Part shown: in pieces, positions 15,001 to 30,505 of the stretch | Numbering within the stretch: position 1 is the first letter of the stretch | Layout of the letters: every line of letters starts with the position of its first letter | Source: Eledone cirrhosa | Lineage: Eukaryota | DNA: 64,000 nucleotides | Assembly: GCA_964016885.1 (NCBI GenBank) | Contig: OZ024750.1 | Location: 35,650,001 to 35,714,000 of the forward strand | Direction of reading: 5' to 3' | The notes under the pieces: model-generated | Database searches by the model: none | Told to the model about the DNA's origin: nothing | Seen by the model: the letters and a program-made list of their open reading frames with translations, nothing else | Made by a program: the position numbers and the translations under genes

Positions 15001-18000
15001 TAAACATGACATCAAATGTGTTGATAACTGTTTATATGAGAGATGTTTGTGTAAACATGACATCAAATGTGTTGATAGCTGTTTATATGAGAGATGTTTG
15101 TGTAAACATGACATCAAATGTGTTGATAGCTGTTTATATGAGAGATGAATTTGTAAACATGACATCAAATGTGTTGATAGCTGTTTATATGAGAGATGAA
15201 TGTGTAAACATGACATCAAATGTGTTGATAGCTGTTTATATGAGAGATGTTTGTGTAAACATGACATCAAATGTGTTGATAACTGTTTATATGAGAGATG
15301 TTTGTGTAAATATGACATCAAATGTGTTGATAGCTGTTTATATGAGAGATGAATTTGTAAACATGACATCAAATGTGTTGATAGCTGTTTATATGAGAGA
15401 TATTTGTGTAAACATGACATCAAATGTGTTGATAGCTGTTTATATGAGAGATATTTGTGTAAACATGACTTCAAATGTGTTGATAGCTGTTTATATGAGA
15501 GATGAATGTGTAAACATGACATCAAATGCATTGATAGCTGTTTATATGAGAGATGTTTGTGTAAACGTGACATCAAATGTGTTGATAGCTGTTTATATGA
15601 GAGATGAATGTGTAAACATGACATCAAATGTGTTGATACCTGTATATATGAGAGATGTTTGTGTAAACATGACATCAAATGTGTTGATAGCTGTATATAT
15701 GAGAGATGTTTGTGTAAACATGACATCAAATGTGTTGATAGCTGTTTATATGAGAGATGAATTTGTAAACATGACATCAAATGTGTTGATAGCTGTTTAT
15801 ATGAGAGATGTTTGTGTAAACATGACATCAAATGTGTTGATAGCTGTTTATATGAGAGATGTTTGTGTAAACATGACATCAAATGTGTTGATAGCTGTTT
15901 ATATGAGAGATGCATGTGTAAACATAACATCAAATGTATTGATAGCTGTTTATATGAGAGATGTTTGTGTAAACATGACATCAAATGTGTTGATAGCTGT
16001 ATATATGAGAGATGTTTGTGTAAACATGACATCAAATGTGTTGATAGCTGTTTATATGAGAGATGAATGTGTAAACATGACATCAAATGTGTTGATAGCT
16101 GTTTATATGAGAGATGAATGTGTAAACATGACATCAAATGTGTTGATAGCTGTATATATGAGAGATGTTTGTGTAAACATGACATCAAATGTGTTGATAA
16201 CTGTTTATATGAGAGATGTTTGTGTAAACATGACATCAAATGTGTTGATAACTGTTTATATGAGAGATGTTTGTGTAAACATGACATCAAATATGTTGAT
16301 AGCTGTTTATATGAGAGATGAATTTGTAAACATGACATCAAATGTGTTGATAGCTGTTTATATGAGAGATATTTGTGTAAACATGACATCAAATGTGTTG
16401 ATAGCTGTTTATATGAGAGATGAATGTGTAAACATGACATGAAATGTATTGATAGCTGTTTATATGAGAGATGTTTGTGTAAACGTGACATCAAATGTGT
16501 TGATAGCTGTTTATATGAGAGATGAATGTGTAAACATGACATCAAATGTGTTGATACCTGTATATATGAGAGATGAATGTGTAAACATGACATCAAATGT
16601 GTGGATAGCTGTTTATATGAGAGATGTTTGTGTAAACATGACATCAAATGTGTTGATAGCTGTTTATATGAGAGATGTTTGTGTAAACATGACATGAAAT
16701 GTGTTGATAGCTGTGTATATGAGAGATGTTTGTGTAAACATGACATCAAATATGTTGATAGCTGTGTATATGAGAGAGGTTTGTGTAAACATGACATCAA
16801 ATGTGTTGATAGCTGTATATATGAGAGATGAACGTATAAACATGACATGAAATGTGTTGATAGCTGTTTATATGAGACATGAATGTGTAAACATGACATG
16901 AAATGTGTTGATAGCTGTTTATATAAGAGATGTTTGTGTAAACAAGACGTCAAAGGTATTGATAGCTGTTTATATGAGAGATGTTTGTGTAAACATGACA
17001 TCAAATGTGTTGATAGCTGTTTATATGAGAGATGAATGTGTAAACATGACATCAAATGTATTGATAGCTGTTTATATGAGAGATGTTTGTGTAAACATGA
17101 CACAAAATATGTTGATAGCTGTTTATATGAGAGGTGAACGTGTAAACATGACATCAAATGTGTTGATAGCTGTTTATATGAGAGATGAATTTGTAAACAT
17201 GACATCAAATGTGTTGATAGCTGTTTATATGAGAGATGAATGTGTAAACATGACATCAAATGTGTTGATAGCTGTTTATATGAGAGATGTTTGTGTAAAC
17301 ATGACATCAAATGTGTTGATAACTGTTTATATGAGAGATGTTTGTGTAAACATGACATTAAATGTGTTGATAGCTGTTTATATGAGAGATGAATTTGTAA
17401 ACATGACATCAAATGTGTTGATAGCTGTTTATATGAGAGATATTTGTGTAAACATGACTTCAAATGTGTTGATAGCTGTTTATATGAGAGATGAATGTGT
17501 AAACATGACATCAAATGTATTGATAGCTGTTTATATGAGAGATGTTTGTGTAAACGTGACATCAAATGTGTTGATAGCTGTTTATATGAGAGATGAATGT
17601 GTAAACATGACATCAAATGTGTTGATACCTGTATATATGAGAGATGTTTGTGTAAACATGACATCAAATGTGTTGATAGCTGTATATATGAGAGATGTTT
17701 GTGTAAACATGACATCAAATGTGTTGATAGCTGTTTATATGAGAGATGTTTGTGTAAACATGACATCAAATGTGTTGATAGCTGTTTATATGAGAGATGT
17801 TTGTGTAAACATGACATCAAATGTGTTGATAGCTGTTTATATGAGAGATGCATGTGTAAACATGACATCAAATGTATTGATAGCTGTTTATATGAGAGAT
17901 GTTTGTGTAAACATGACATCAAATGTGTTGATAGCTGTATATATGAGAGATGTTTGTGTAAACATGACATCAAATGTGTTGATAGCTGTTTATATGAGAG

Positions 18001-21000
18001 ATGTTTGTGTAAACATGACATCAAATGTGTTGATAGCTGTATATATGAGAGATGAATTTGTAAACATGACATCAAATGTGTTGATAGCTGTTTATATGAG
18101 AGATGAATGTGTAAACATGACATCAAATGTGTTGATAGCTGTATATATGAGAGATGCTTGTGTAAACATGACATCAAATGTGTTGATAGCTGTATATATG
18201 AGAGATGAACGTGTAAACATGACATGAAATGTGTTGATAGCTGTTTATATGAGACATGAATGTGTAAACATGACATGAAATGTGTTGATAGCTGTTTATA
18301 TAAGAGATGTTTGTGTAAACAAGACGTCAAAGGTATTGATAGCTGTTTATATGAGAGATGTTTGTGTAAACATGACATCAAATGTGTTGATAGCTGTTTA
18401 TATGAGAGATGAATGTGTAAACATGACATCAAATGTATTGATAGCTGTTTATATGAGAGATGTTTGTGTAAACATGACACAAAATATGTTGATAGCTGTT
18501 TATATGAGAGGTGAACGTGTAAACATGACATCAAATGTGTTGATAGCTGTTTATATGAGAGATGAATTTGTAAACATGACATCAAATGTGTTGATAGCTG
18601 TTTATATGAGAGATGAATGTGTAAACATGACATCAAATGTGTTGATAGCTGTTTATATGAGAGATGTTTGTGTAAACATGACATCAAATGTGTTGATAAC
18701 TGTTTATATGAGAGATGTTTGTGTAAACATGACATCAAATGTGTTGATAGCTGTTTATATGAGAGATGAATTTGTAAACATGACATCAAATGTGTTGATA
18801 GCTGTTTATATGAGAGATATTTGTGTAAACATGACTTCAAATGTGTTGATAGCTGTTTATATGAGAGATGAATGTGTAAACATGACATCAAATGTATTGA
18901 TAGCTGTTTATATGAGAGATGTTTGTGTAAACGTGACATCAAATGTGTTGATAGCTGTTTATATGAGAGATGAATGTGTAAACATGACATCAAATGTGTT
19001 GATACCTGTATATATGAGAGATGTTTGTGTAAACATGACATCAAATGTGTTGATAGCTGTATATATGAGAGATGTTTGTGTAAACATGACATCAAATGTG
19101 TTGATAGCTGTTTATATGAGAGATGTTTGTGTAAACATGACATCAAATGTGTTGATAGCTGTTTATATGAGAGATGTTTGTGTAAACATGACATCAAATG
19201 TGTTGATAGCTGTTTATATGAGAGATGTTTGTGTAAACATGACATCAAATGTGTTGATAGCTGTTTATATGAGAGATGCATGTGTAAACATGACATCAAA
19301 TGTATTGATAGCTGTTTATATGAGAGATGTTTGTGTAAACATGACATCAAATGTGTTGATAGCTGTATATATGAGAGATGTTTGTGTAAACATGACATCA
19401 AATGTGTTGATAGCTGTTTATATGAGAGATGAATGTGTAAACATGACATCAAATGTGTTGATAGCTGTATATATGAGAGATGAATGTGTAAACATGACAT
19501 CAAATGTGTTGATAGCTGTTTATATGAGAGATGAATGTGTAAACATGACATCAAATGTGTTGATAGCTGTATATATGAGAGATGTTTGTTTAAACATGAC
19601 ATCAAATGTGTTGATAACTGTTTATATGGGAGATGTTTGTGTAAACATGACATCAAATGTGTTGATAGCTGTTTATATGAGAGATGTTTGTGTAAACATG
19701 ACAACAAATGTGTTGATAGCTGTTTATATGAGAGATGAATGTGTAAACATGACATCAAATGTATTGATAGCTGTTTATATGAGAGATGTTTGTGTAAACA
19801 TGACATCAAATGTGTTGATAGCTGTATATATGAGAGATGTTTGTGTAAACATGACATCAAATGTGTTGATAGCTGTTTATATGAGAGATGTATGTGTAAA
19901 CATGACATCAAATGTGTTGATAGCTGTATATATGAGAGATGAATGTGTAAACATGACATCAAATGTGTTGATAGCTGTTTATATGAGAGATGAATGTGTA
20001 AACATGACATCAAATGTGTTGATAGCTGTATATATGAGAGATGTTTGTGTAAACATGACATCAAATGTGTTGATAACTGTTTATATGAGAGATGTTTGTG
20101 TAAACATGACATCAAATGTGTTGATAGCTGTTTATATGAGAGATGTTTGTGTAAACATGACATCAAATGTGTTGATAGCTGTTTATATGAGAGATGAATT
20201 TGTAAACATGACATCAAATGTGTTGATAGCTGTTTATATGAGAGATGAATGTGTAAACATGACATCAAATGTGTTGATAGCTGTTTATATGAGAGATGTT
20301 TGTGTAAACATGACATCAAATGTGTTGATAACTGTTTATATGAGAGATGTTTGTGTAAATATGACATCAAATGTGTTGATAGCTGTTTATATGAGAGATG
20401 AATTTGTAAACATGACATCAAATGTGTTGATAGCTGTTTATATGAGAGATATTTGTGTAAACATGACATCAAATGTGTTGATAGCTGTTTATATGAGAGA
20501 TATTTGTGTAAACATGACTTCAAATGTGTTGATAGCTGTTTATATGAGAGATGAATGTGTAAACATGACATCAAATGTATTGATAGCTGTTTATATGAGA
20601 GATGTTTGTGTAAACGTGACATCAAATGTGTTGATAGCTGTTTATATGAGAGATGAATGTGTAAACATGACATCAAATGTGTTGATACCTGTATATATGA
20701 GAGATGTTTGTGTAAACATGACATCAAATGTGTTGATAGCTGTATATATGAGAGATGTTTGTGTAAACATGACATCAAATGTGTTGATAGCTGTTTATAT
20801 GAGAGATGTTTGTGTAAACATGACATCAAATGTGTTGATAGCTGTTTATATGAGAGATGTTTGTGTAAACATGACATCAAATGTGTTGATAGCTGTTTAT
20901 ATGAGAGATGTTTGTGTAAACATGACATCAAATGTGTTGATAGCTGTTTATATGAGAGATGCATGTGTAAACATAACATCAAATGTATTGATAGCTGTTT

Positions 21001-24000
21001 ATATGAGAGATGTTTGTGTAAACATGACATCAAATGTGTTGATAGCTGTATATATGAGAGATGTTTGTGTAAACATGACATCAAATGTGTTGATAGCTGT
21101 TTATATGAGAGATGAATGTGTAAACATGACATCAAATGTGTTGATAGCTGTATATATGAGAGATGAATGTGTAAACATGACATCAAATGTGTTGATAGCT
21201 GTTTATATGAGAGATGAATGTGTAAACATGACATCAAATGTGTTGATAGCTGTATATATGAGAGATGTTTGTGTAAACATGACATCAAATGTGTTGATAA
21301 CTGTTTATATGAGAGATGTTTGTGTAAACATGACATCAAATGTGTTGATAGCTGTTTATATGAGAGATGTTTGTGTAAACATGACATCAAATGTGTTGAT
21401 AGCTGTTTATATGAGAGATGAATTTGTAAACATGACATCAAATGTGTTGATAGCTGTTTATATGAGAGATGAATGTGTAAACATGACATCAAATGTGTTG
21501 ATAGCTGTATATATGAGAGATGTTTGTGTAAACATGACATCAAATGTGTTGATAACTGTTTATATGAGAGATGTTTGTGTAAACATGACATCAAATGTGT
21601 TGATAGCTGTTTATATGAGAGATGAATGTGTAAACATGACATCAAATGTGTTGATAGCTGTATATATGAGAGATGAATGTGTAAACATGACATCAAATGT
21701 GTTGATAGCTGTTTATATGAGAGATGTTTGTGTAAACATGACATCAAATGTGTTGATAGCTGTTTATATGAGAGATGTTTGTGTAAACATGACATCAAAT
21801 GTGTTGATAGCTGTTTATATGAGAGATGTTTGTGTAAACATGACATCAAATGTGTTGATAGCTGTTTATATGAGAGATGAATGTGTAAACATGACATCAA
21901 ATGTATTGATAGCTGTTTATATGAGAGATGTTTGTGTAAACATGACATCAAATGTGTTGATAGCTGTATATATGAGAGATGTTTGTGTAAACATGACATC
22001 AAATGTGTTGATAGCTGTTTATATGAGAGATGTACGTGTAAACATGACATCAAATGTGTTGATAGCTGTATATATGAGAGATGAATGTGTAAACATGACA
22101 TCAAATGTGTTGATAGCTGTTTATATGAGAGATGAATGTGTAAACATGACATCAAGTGTGTTGATAGCTGTATATATGAGAGATGTTTGTGTAAACATGA
22201 CATCAAATGTGTTGATAACTGTTTATATGAGAGATGTTTGTGTAAACATGACATCAAATGTGTTGATAGCTGTTTATATGAGAGATGTTTGTGTAAACAT
22301 GACATCAAATGTGTTGATAGCTGTTTATATGAGAGATGAATTTGTAAACATGACATCAAATGTGTTGATAGCTGTTTATATGAGAGATGAATGTGTAAAC
22401 ATGACATCAAATGTGTTGATAGCTGTTTATATGAGAGATGTTTGTGTAAACATGACATCAAATGTGTTGATAACTGTTTATATGAGAGATGTTTGTGTAA
22501 ATATGACATCAAATGTGTTGATAGCTGTTTATATGAGAGATGAATTTGTAAACATGACATCAAATGTGTTGATAGCTGTTTATATGAGAGATATTTGTGT
22601 AAACATGACATCAAATGTGTTGATAGCTGTTTATATGAGAGATATTTGTGTAAACATGACTTCAAATGTGTTGATAGCTGTTTATATGAGAGATGAATGT
22701 GTAAACATGACATCAAATGCATTGATAGCTGTTTATATGAGAGATGTTTGTGTAAACGTGACATCAAATGTGTTGATAGCTGTTTATATGAGAGATGAAT
22801 GTGTAAACATGACATCAAATGTGTTGATACCTGTATATATGAGAGATGTTTGTGTAAACATGACATCAAATGTGTTGATAGCTGTATATATGAGAGATGT
22901 TTGTGTAAACATGACATCAAATGTGTTGATAGCTGTTTATATGAGAGATGTTTGTGTAAACATGACATCAAATGTGTTGATAGCTGTTTATATGAGAGAT
23001 GTTTGTGTAAACATGACATCAAATGTGTTGATAGCTGTTTATATGAGAGATGTTTGTGTAAACATGACATCAAATGTGTTGATAGCTGTTTATATGAGAG
23101 ATGCATGTGTAAACATAACATCAAATGTATTGATAGCTGTTTATATGAGAGATGTTTGTGTAAACATGACATCAAATGTGTTGATAGCTGTATATATGAG
23201 AGATGTTTGTGTAAACATGACATCAAATGTGTTGATAGCTGTTTATATGAGAGATGAATGTGTAAACATGACATCAAATGTGTTGATAGCTGTTTATATG
23301 AGAGATGAATGTGTAAACATGACATCAAATGTGTTGATAGCTGTATATATGAGAGATGTTTGTGTAAACATGACATCAAATGTGTTGATAACTGTTTATA
23401 TGAGAGATGTTTGTGTAAACATGACATCAAATGTGTTGATAGCTGTTTATATGAGAGATGTTTGTGTAAACATGACATCAAATGTGTTGATAGCTGTTTA
23501 TATGAGAGATGAATTTGTAAACATGACATCAAATGTGTTGATAGCTGTTTATATGAGAGATGAATGTGTAAACATGACATCAAATGTGTTGATAGCTGTT
23601 TATATGAGAGATGTTTGTGTAAACATGACATCAAATGTGTTGATAACTGTTTATATGAGAGATGTTTGTGTAAACATGACATCAAATATGTTGATAGCTG
23701 TTTATATGAGAGATGAATTTGTAAACATGACATCAAATGTGTTGATAGCTGTTTATATGAGAGATGAATGTGTAAACATGACATCAAATGTGTTGATAGC
23801 TGTTTATATGAGAGATGTTTGTGTAAACATGACATCAAATGTGTTGATAGCTGTTTATATGAGAGATGTTTGTGTAAACATGACATCAAATGTGTTGATA
23901 GCTGTTTATATGAGAGATATTTGTGTAAACATGACTTCAAATGTGTTGATAGCTGTTTATATGAGAGATGAATGTGTAAACATGACATCAAATGTATTGA

Positions 24001-27000
24001 TAGCTGTTTATATGAGAGATATTTGTGTAAACGTGACATCAAATGTGTTGATAGCTGTTTATATGAGAGATGAATGTGTAAACATGACATCAAATGTGTT
24101 GATAGCTGTATATATGAGAGATGTTTGTGTAAACATGACATCAAATGTGTTGATAGCTGTATATATGAGAGATGTTTGTGTAAACATGACATCAAATGTG
24201 TTGATAGCTGTTTATATGAGAGATGTTTGTGTAAACATGACATCAAATGTGTTGATAGCTGTTTATATGAGAGATGTTTGTGTAAACATGACATCAAATG
24301 TGTTGATAGCTGTTTATATGAGAGATGTTTGTGTAAACATGACATCAAATGTGTTGATAGCTGTTTATATGAGAGATGCATGTGTAAACATAACATCAAA
24401 TGTATTGATAGCTGTTTATATGAGAGATGTTTGTGTAAACATGACATCAAATGTGTTGATAGCTGTATATATGAGAGATGTTTGTGTAAACATGACATCA
24501 AATGTGTTGATAGCTGTTTATATGAGAGATGAATGTGTAAACATGACATAAAATGTGTTGATAGCTGTTTATATGAGAGATGAATGTGTAAACATGACAT
24601 CAAATGTGTTGATAGCTGTATATATGAGAGATGTTTGTGTAAACATGACATCAAATGTGTTGATAACTGTTTATATGAGAGATGTTTGTGTAAACATGAC
24701 ATCAAATGTGTTGATAGCTGTTTATATGAGAGATGTTTGTGTAAACATGACATCAAATGTGTTGATAGCTGTTTATATGAGAGATGAATTTGTAAACATG
24801 ACATCAAATGTGTTGATAGCTGTTTATATGAGAGATGAATGTGTAAACATGACATCAAATGTGTTGATAGCTGTTTATATGAGAGATGTTTGTGTAAACA
24901 TGACATCAAATGTGTTGATAACTGTTTATATGAGAGATGTTTGTGTAAACATGACATCAAATATGTTGATAGCTGTTTATATGAGAGATGAATTTGTAAA
25001 CATGACATCAAATGTGTTGATAGCTGTTTATATGAGAGATATTTGTGTAAACATGACATCAAATGTGTTGATAGCTGTTTATATGAGAGATGAATGTGTA
25101 AACATGACATCAAATGTATTGATAGCTGTTTATATGAGAGATGTTTGTGTAAACGTGACATCAAATGTGTTGATAGCTGTTTATATGAGAGATGAACGTG
25201 TAAACATGACATCAAATGTGTTGATACCTGTATATATGAGAGATGAATGTGTAAACATGACATCAAATGTGTGGATAGCTGTTTATATGAGAGATGTTTG
25301 TGTAAACATGACATCAAATGTGTTGATAGCTGTGTATATGAGAGATGTTTGTGTAAACATGACATGAAATGTGTTGATAGCTGTGTATATGAGAGATGTT
25401 TGTGTAAACATGACATCAAATATGTTGATAGCTGTGTATATGAGAGAGGTTTGTGTAAACATGACATCAAATGTGTTGATAGCTGTATATATGAGAGATG
25501 AACGTGTAAACATGACATGAAATGTGTTGATAGCTGTTTATATGAGACATGAATGTGTAAACATGACATGAAATGTGTTGATAGCTGTTTATATAAGAGA
25601 TGTTTGTGTAAACAAAACGTCAAAGGTATTGATAGCTGTTTATATGAGAGATGTTTGTGTAAACATGACATCAAATGTGTTGATAGCTGTTTATATGAGA
25701 GATGAATGTGTAAACATGACATCAAATGTATTGATAGCTGTTTATATGAGAGATGTTTGTGTAAACATGACACAAAATATGTTGATAGCTGTTTATATGA
25801 GAGGTGAACGTGTAAACATGACATCAAATGTGTTGATAGCTGTTTATATGAGAGATGTTTCTGTAAACATGACATCAAATGTGTTGATAGCTGTTTATAT
25901 GAGAGATGTTTGTGTAAACATGACATCAAATGTGTTGATAGCTGTTTATATGAGAGATGTTTGTGTAAACAAGACATCAAATGTATTGATAGCTGTTTAT
26001 ATGAGAGATGAATGTGTAAACATGACATCAAATGTGTTGATAGCTGTATATATGAGAGATGAATGTGTAAACATGACATCAAATGTGTTGATAGCTGTTT
26101 ATATGAGAGATGTTTGTGTAAATATGACATCAAATGTGTTGATAGCTGTATATATGAGACATGTTTGTGTAAATATGACATCAAATGTGTTGATAGCTGT
26201 TTATATGAGAGATGAATGTGTAACCATGACATCAAATGTGTTGATACCTGTATATATTAGAGATGAATGTGTAAACATGACATCAAATGTGTGGATAGCT
26301 GTTTATATGAGAGATGTTTGTGTAAACATGACATGAAATGTGTTGATAGCTGTGTATATGAGAGATGTTTGTGTAAACATGACATGAAATATGTTGATAG
26401 CTGTGTATATGAGAGATGTTTGTGTAAACATGACATCAAATGTGTTGATAGCTGTGTATATGAGAGAGGTTTGTGTAAACATGACATCAAATGTGTTGAT
26501 AGCTGTATATATGAGAGATGAATGTGTAAACATGACATGAAATGTGTTGATAGCTGTTTATATGAGACATGAATGTGTAAACATGACATGAAATGTGTTG
26601 ATAGCTGTTTATGTGAGAGATGTTTGTGTAAACAAGACATCAAATGTATTGATAGCTGTTTATATGAGAGATGTTTGTGTAAACATGACATCAAATGTGT
26701 TGATAGCTGTTTATATGAGAGATGAATGTGTAAACATGACATCAAATGTGTTGATAGCTGTTTATATGAGAGATGTTTGTGTAAACATGACATCAAATGT
26801 GTTGATAGCTGTATATATGAGAGATGAATGTGTAAACATGACATCAAATGTGTTGATAGCTGTTTATATGATAGATGAATGTGTAAACATGACATCAAAT
26901 GTGTTGATAGCTGTATATATGAGAGATGAATGTGTAACCATGACATCAAATGTGTTGATACCTGTATATATTAGAGATGAATGTGTAAACATGACATCAA

Positions 27001-28025
27001 ATGTGTGGATAGCTGTTTATATGAGAGATGTTTGTGTAAACATGACATGAAATGTGTTGATAGCTGTGTATATGAGAGATGTTTGTGTAAACATGACATG
27101 AAATATGTTGATAGCTGTGTATATGAGAGATGTTTGTGTAAACATGACATCAAATGTGTTGATAGCTGTGTATATGAGAGAGGTTTGTGTAAACATGACA
27201 TCAAATGTGTTGATAGCTGTTTATATGAGAGATGTTTGTGTAAACATGACATCAAATGTGTTGATAGCTGTTTATATGAGAGATGTTTGTGTAAACATGA
27301 CATCAAATGTGTTGATAGCTGTTTATATGAGAGATGTTTGTGTAAACATGACATCAAATGTGTTGATAGCTGTTTATATGAGAGATGTTTGTGTAAACAT
27401 GACATCAAATGTGTTGATAGCTGTTTATATGAGAGATGTTTGTGTAAACATGACATCAAATGTGTTGATAGCTGTTTATATGAGAGATGAATGTGTAAAC
27501 ATGACATGAAATGTGTTGATAGCTGTTTATATGAGAGATGTTTGTGTAAACATGACTTCAAATGTGTTGATAGCTGTTTATATGAGAGATGTTTGTGTAA
27601 ACATGACATCAAATGTGTTGATAACTGTTTATATGAGAGATGAATGTGTAAACATGACATCATATGTGTTGATAGCTGTTTATATGAGAGATGTTTGTGT
27701 AAACATGACATCAAATATGTTGATAGCTGTTTATATGAGAGATGAATGTGTAAACATGACATCAAATGTGTTGATAGCTGTATATATGAGAGATGTTTGT
27801 GTAAACATGACACAAAATATGTTGATAGCTGTTTATATGAGAGGTGAACGTGTAAACATGACATCAAATGTGTTGATAGCTGTTTATATGAGACATGTTT
27901 GTGTAAACATGACATCAAATGTGTTGATAGCTGTTTATCTGAGAGATGAATGTGTTTGTGTAAACATGACATCAAATGTGTTGATAGCTGTTTATATGAG
28001 AGATGAATGTGTTTGTGTAAACATG
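1..28025. repeat. 51-bp satellite array, ~549 monomers, open at left edge; consensus TTTGTGTAAACATGACATCAAATGTGTTGATAGCTGTTTATATGAGAGATG
   Basis: Direct 51-bp periodicity; ORF track shows 17-aa repeats in several frames; first length change is a 6-bp insertion near 27950. Confidence 0.98.
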
Positions 28026-28246
28026 TAATTTGAATAGAAACGTGTTAATAACTTTGGTAGTTATTCACCTAATCAATAAGATGAGGTTAATAAAAGCGTC
28101 TTTTATGTTCTTTAGCTTAAGGTCAGCACTGATTAAATAAAATTTGATCAAAGCTATTCAAGTTGTTATCATTCTGGTTTTTTTTTAAAGTCATAATGTA
28201 ACCAAGACTGCATTATTCTGAAGTTATATGTATTTTTATCTTTTAA

Positions 28247-28405
28247 CCCTTTAAGCATTTACATTAGGCTTTACTTCGAGATTTTTATATTATTTATTTA
28301 GAGAACAATACTTTAACATCAGTATGAGTAGCTGGTTACAGCCGGTTTGAACAGAAATAGGTGAGAGAATTCTGGCTGGATATGACTGATTTAAATGGTA
28401 AAGGG
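28247..28405 (+). mobile_element. piggyBac-like TTAA MITE, degenerate copy 1 (internal repeat largely absent)
   Basis: TTAA|CCCTTT...AAAGGG|TCAA; body (aacaatactttaacatcag...agagaattctggc) matches the other copies. Confidence 0.75.
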
Positions 28406-28492
28406 TCAACTTATAATGTAACCATGACTACATTATTCGGAAGTTATGAATTTTTATCTTTTAAGCTTGTTAGAATCACATAGTTTTGGTCG

Positions 28493-28680
28493 GGGATCAT
28501 ATTGGTTTTTAGGGAGATGTTCCCTCTAATGTTAGCCAATTAACTATGAAGTTAGTAGGGATCATATTGCTTTTTAGGGAGATGTTACCTCTAATGCTAG
28601 CCAATTAACTATGAAGTTGGTAGGGATCACATTGCTTTTTAGGGAGATCTCTCTACTTTTAGTCAATCAACTGTGAAATT
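28493..28680. repeat. 65-bp tandem repeat, ~3 copies
   Basis: GGGATCA at 28493, 28558, 28623 followed by shared ttttagggagat...aattaactatgaa. Confidence 0.85.
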
Positions 28681-28905
28681 GAAATATATGTACATAGATG
28701 GAAATATTAATTTATAAACCTTTTGATATGAACCCAGCTGAAACTGTACCTGGTTCTATGATACAAAATGCCCATTTTAAAGTATGCAGACATATTAAAG
28801 CCTTTCGACATAATTTTATCTCAGACCTGTTTGTTAGGTTGTGTTTCAAACCCCAGCATAAACAAATACTGTTATTCCTTTTTTACCAAATTCTTGTAGA
28901 CTTAA

Positions 28906-29257
28906 CATTTTAGCATTCACATTACTCTCTATATACCATTATATTTTCATGGTAAAGGCTTTACCTCACATAATTATCTGACATAACATTCACATTACTC
29001 TATATATACTATTATATTTTCATGGTAAAGGCTTTACCCCACATAATATCTCACATAACATTCACATTACTCTATATATACCATTATATTTTCATGGTAA
29101 AGGCTTTACCTCACATAATACCGAATCTATGAGATTTTGAAAGTATTTATTTTGAGAACAATACCTTAACATCAGTTTGAGCAACCACTTACAGCCAGTT
29201 TCAACAGAAAGAGGTAGAGAATTCTGGCTGGTTTTGGCCGGTTTGAACATTAAAGGG
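28906..29257 (+). mobile_element. piggyBac-like TTAA MITE copy 2, ~3 internal ~72-bp units
   Basis: TTAA at 28902-05 and 29258-61; left end mutated (CATTTTAGCATTCA), right end TGAACATTAAAGGG. Confidence 0.85.
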
Positions 29258-29332
29258 TTAATTGACACACTTAGGAAATATATTTTGTTAGAAATATGGT
29301 AATGAATATGTTTACATTATTTATATAAAGGC

Positions 29333-29513
29333 GATGGATTAGCAGTATCGGTAGAGGGTCAGACCATGCTTTGCATCATAGAGTTACGGGCCTTTACAGT
29401 CTGAGTTCAAATCCTGCCCAGGTTAACTTTGCCTTTCATCCTTACAGGGTCGATAAAATAAAGCACCAGTAATACACTGGGGTAATTGTTGGCCTTGTGC
29501 CAAAAGTAGAAAC
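29333..29513 (+). mobile_element. tRNA-derived SINE, family A
   Basis: A-box-like TAGCAGTATCGG, B-box GAGTTCAAATC, core gcctttcatccttacagggtcgataaaat, tail ggccttgtgccaaaagtagaaac shared with other copies. Confidence 0.85.
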
Positions 29514-29689
29514 ACATATAATTTTACCCTAGCTTAATCCAGATTTCTAATATTTCATCTTTTTATTCAATAAAAGTAGTAATCTAGGCATTAATACTAT
29601 GGATAAGATCAGATTTTTGTGGAAGACAACAAATATATTTGGATGCCATTGGTAATTCATTGAAATATCAAATATTTTTTATTATTTAA

Positions 29690-30163
29690 CCCTTTAGCAT
29701 TCACATTACTCTATATATACTATCATATTTTCACGGTAAAGGCTTTATCTCACATAATTATCTCACATATCTCACATAACATTCACATTACTCTATATAT
29801 ACTATCATATGTTCACGGTAAAGGCTTTATCTCACATAATTATCTCACATAATATCTCACATAACATTCACATTACTCTATATATATACTATCATATTTT
29901 CACGGTAAAGGCTTTATCTCACATAATTATCTCACATAATATCTCACATAACATTCACATTACTCTATATATACTATCATATTTTCACGGTAAAGGCTTT
30001 ATCTCACATAATTATCTCACATAATATTGAATCTATGAGATTTTGAAAGTATTTATTTTGAAAACAATACCTTAACATCAGTTTGAGTGACCAGTTACAG
30101 CCAGTTTCAACAGAAAAAGGTAGAGAATTCTGGCCGGTTTTGGCCGGTTTGAACATTAAAGGG
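29690..30163 (+). mobile_element. piggyBac-like TTAA MITE copy 3, 4 internal ~84-bp units
   Basis: TTAA|CCCTTTAGCATTCA...TGAACATTAAAGGG|TTAA (11/14 TIR match). Confidence 0.9.
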
Positions 30164-30505
30164 TTAATCAGAGGAGGGGCAATACCCATGGTCTTTATTT
30201 GTTCAGGGTTTCAAAGACTGGTGGCAGAAAAGATGATTGATATCCTCAAGCTGATGACCTAGCCCAAATGCCTGCAATAGATTGAGTGCTGCTAATGGCA
30301 TCAAAGAACTTTGTGGCAGATTATGTCTACCACACAACTCATAACTATACAACAACTCATCTCATCTGATAACATTTCTGCCAATCCATTGCTCTGAATT
30401 TCTAGTTTATTTTATTAATCCTAAAAGGATGACAGTTAAGCATATCAGGATTTGAACTCAGAATGCAGAGATCTGGGACAAATACCCCAAAGCATTAAAG
30501 TTAAG

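Noticed and set aside
2-27490. Cys-rich frame (LCKHDIKCVDSCLYERC)n where stops are mostly TGA at a Cys position, suggesting a selenoprotein
   Set aside because: The TGA comes from a common TT>AA monomer variant; TAG stops also occur (~5612, ~10100, ~26258) and no SECIS was recognised
1-28025. CRISPR-like array of hairpin repeats
   Set aside because: No unique spacers, no cas genes, eukaryotic context
12-28028. Giant ORFs (up to 5378 aa) on both strands of the 51-bp array
   Set aside because: 51 is a multiple of 3 and several frames of the monomer lack stops; there are no unique termini and multiple frames are open at once, so this is a satellite artefact
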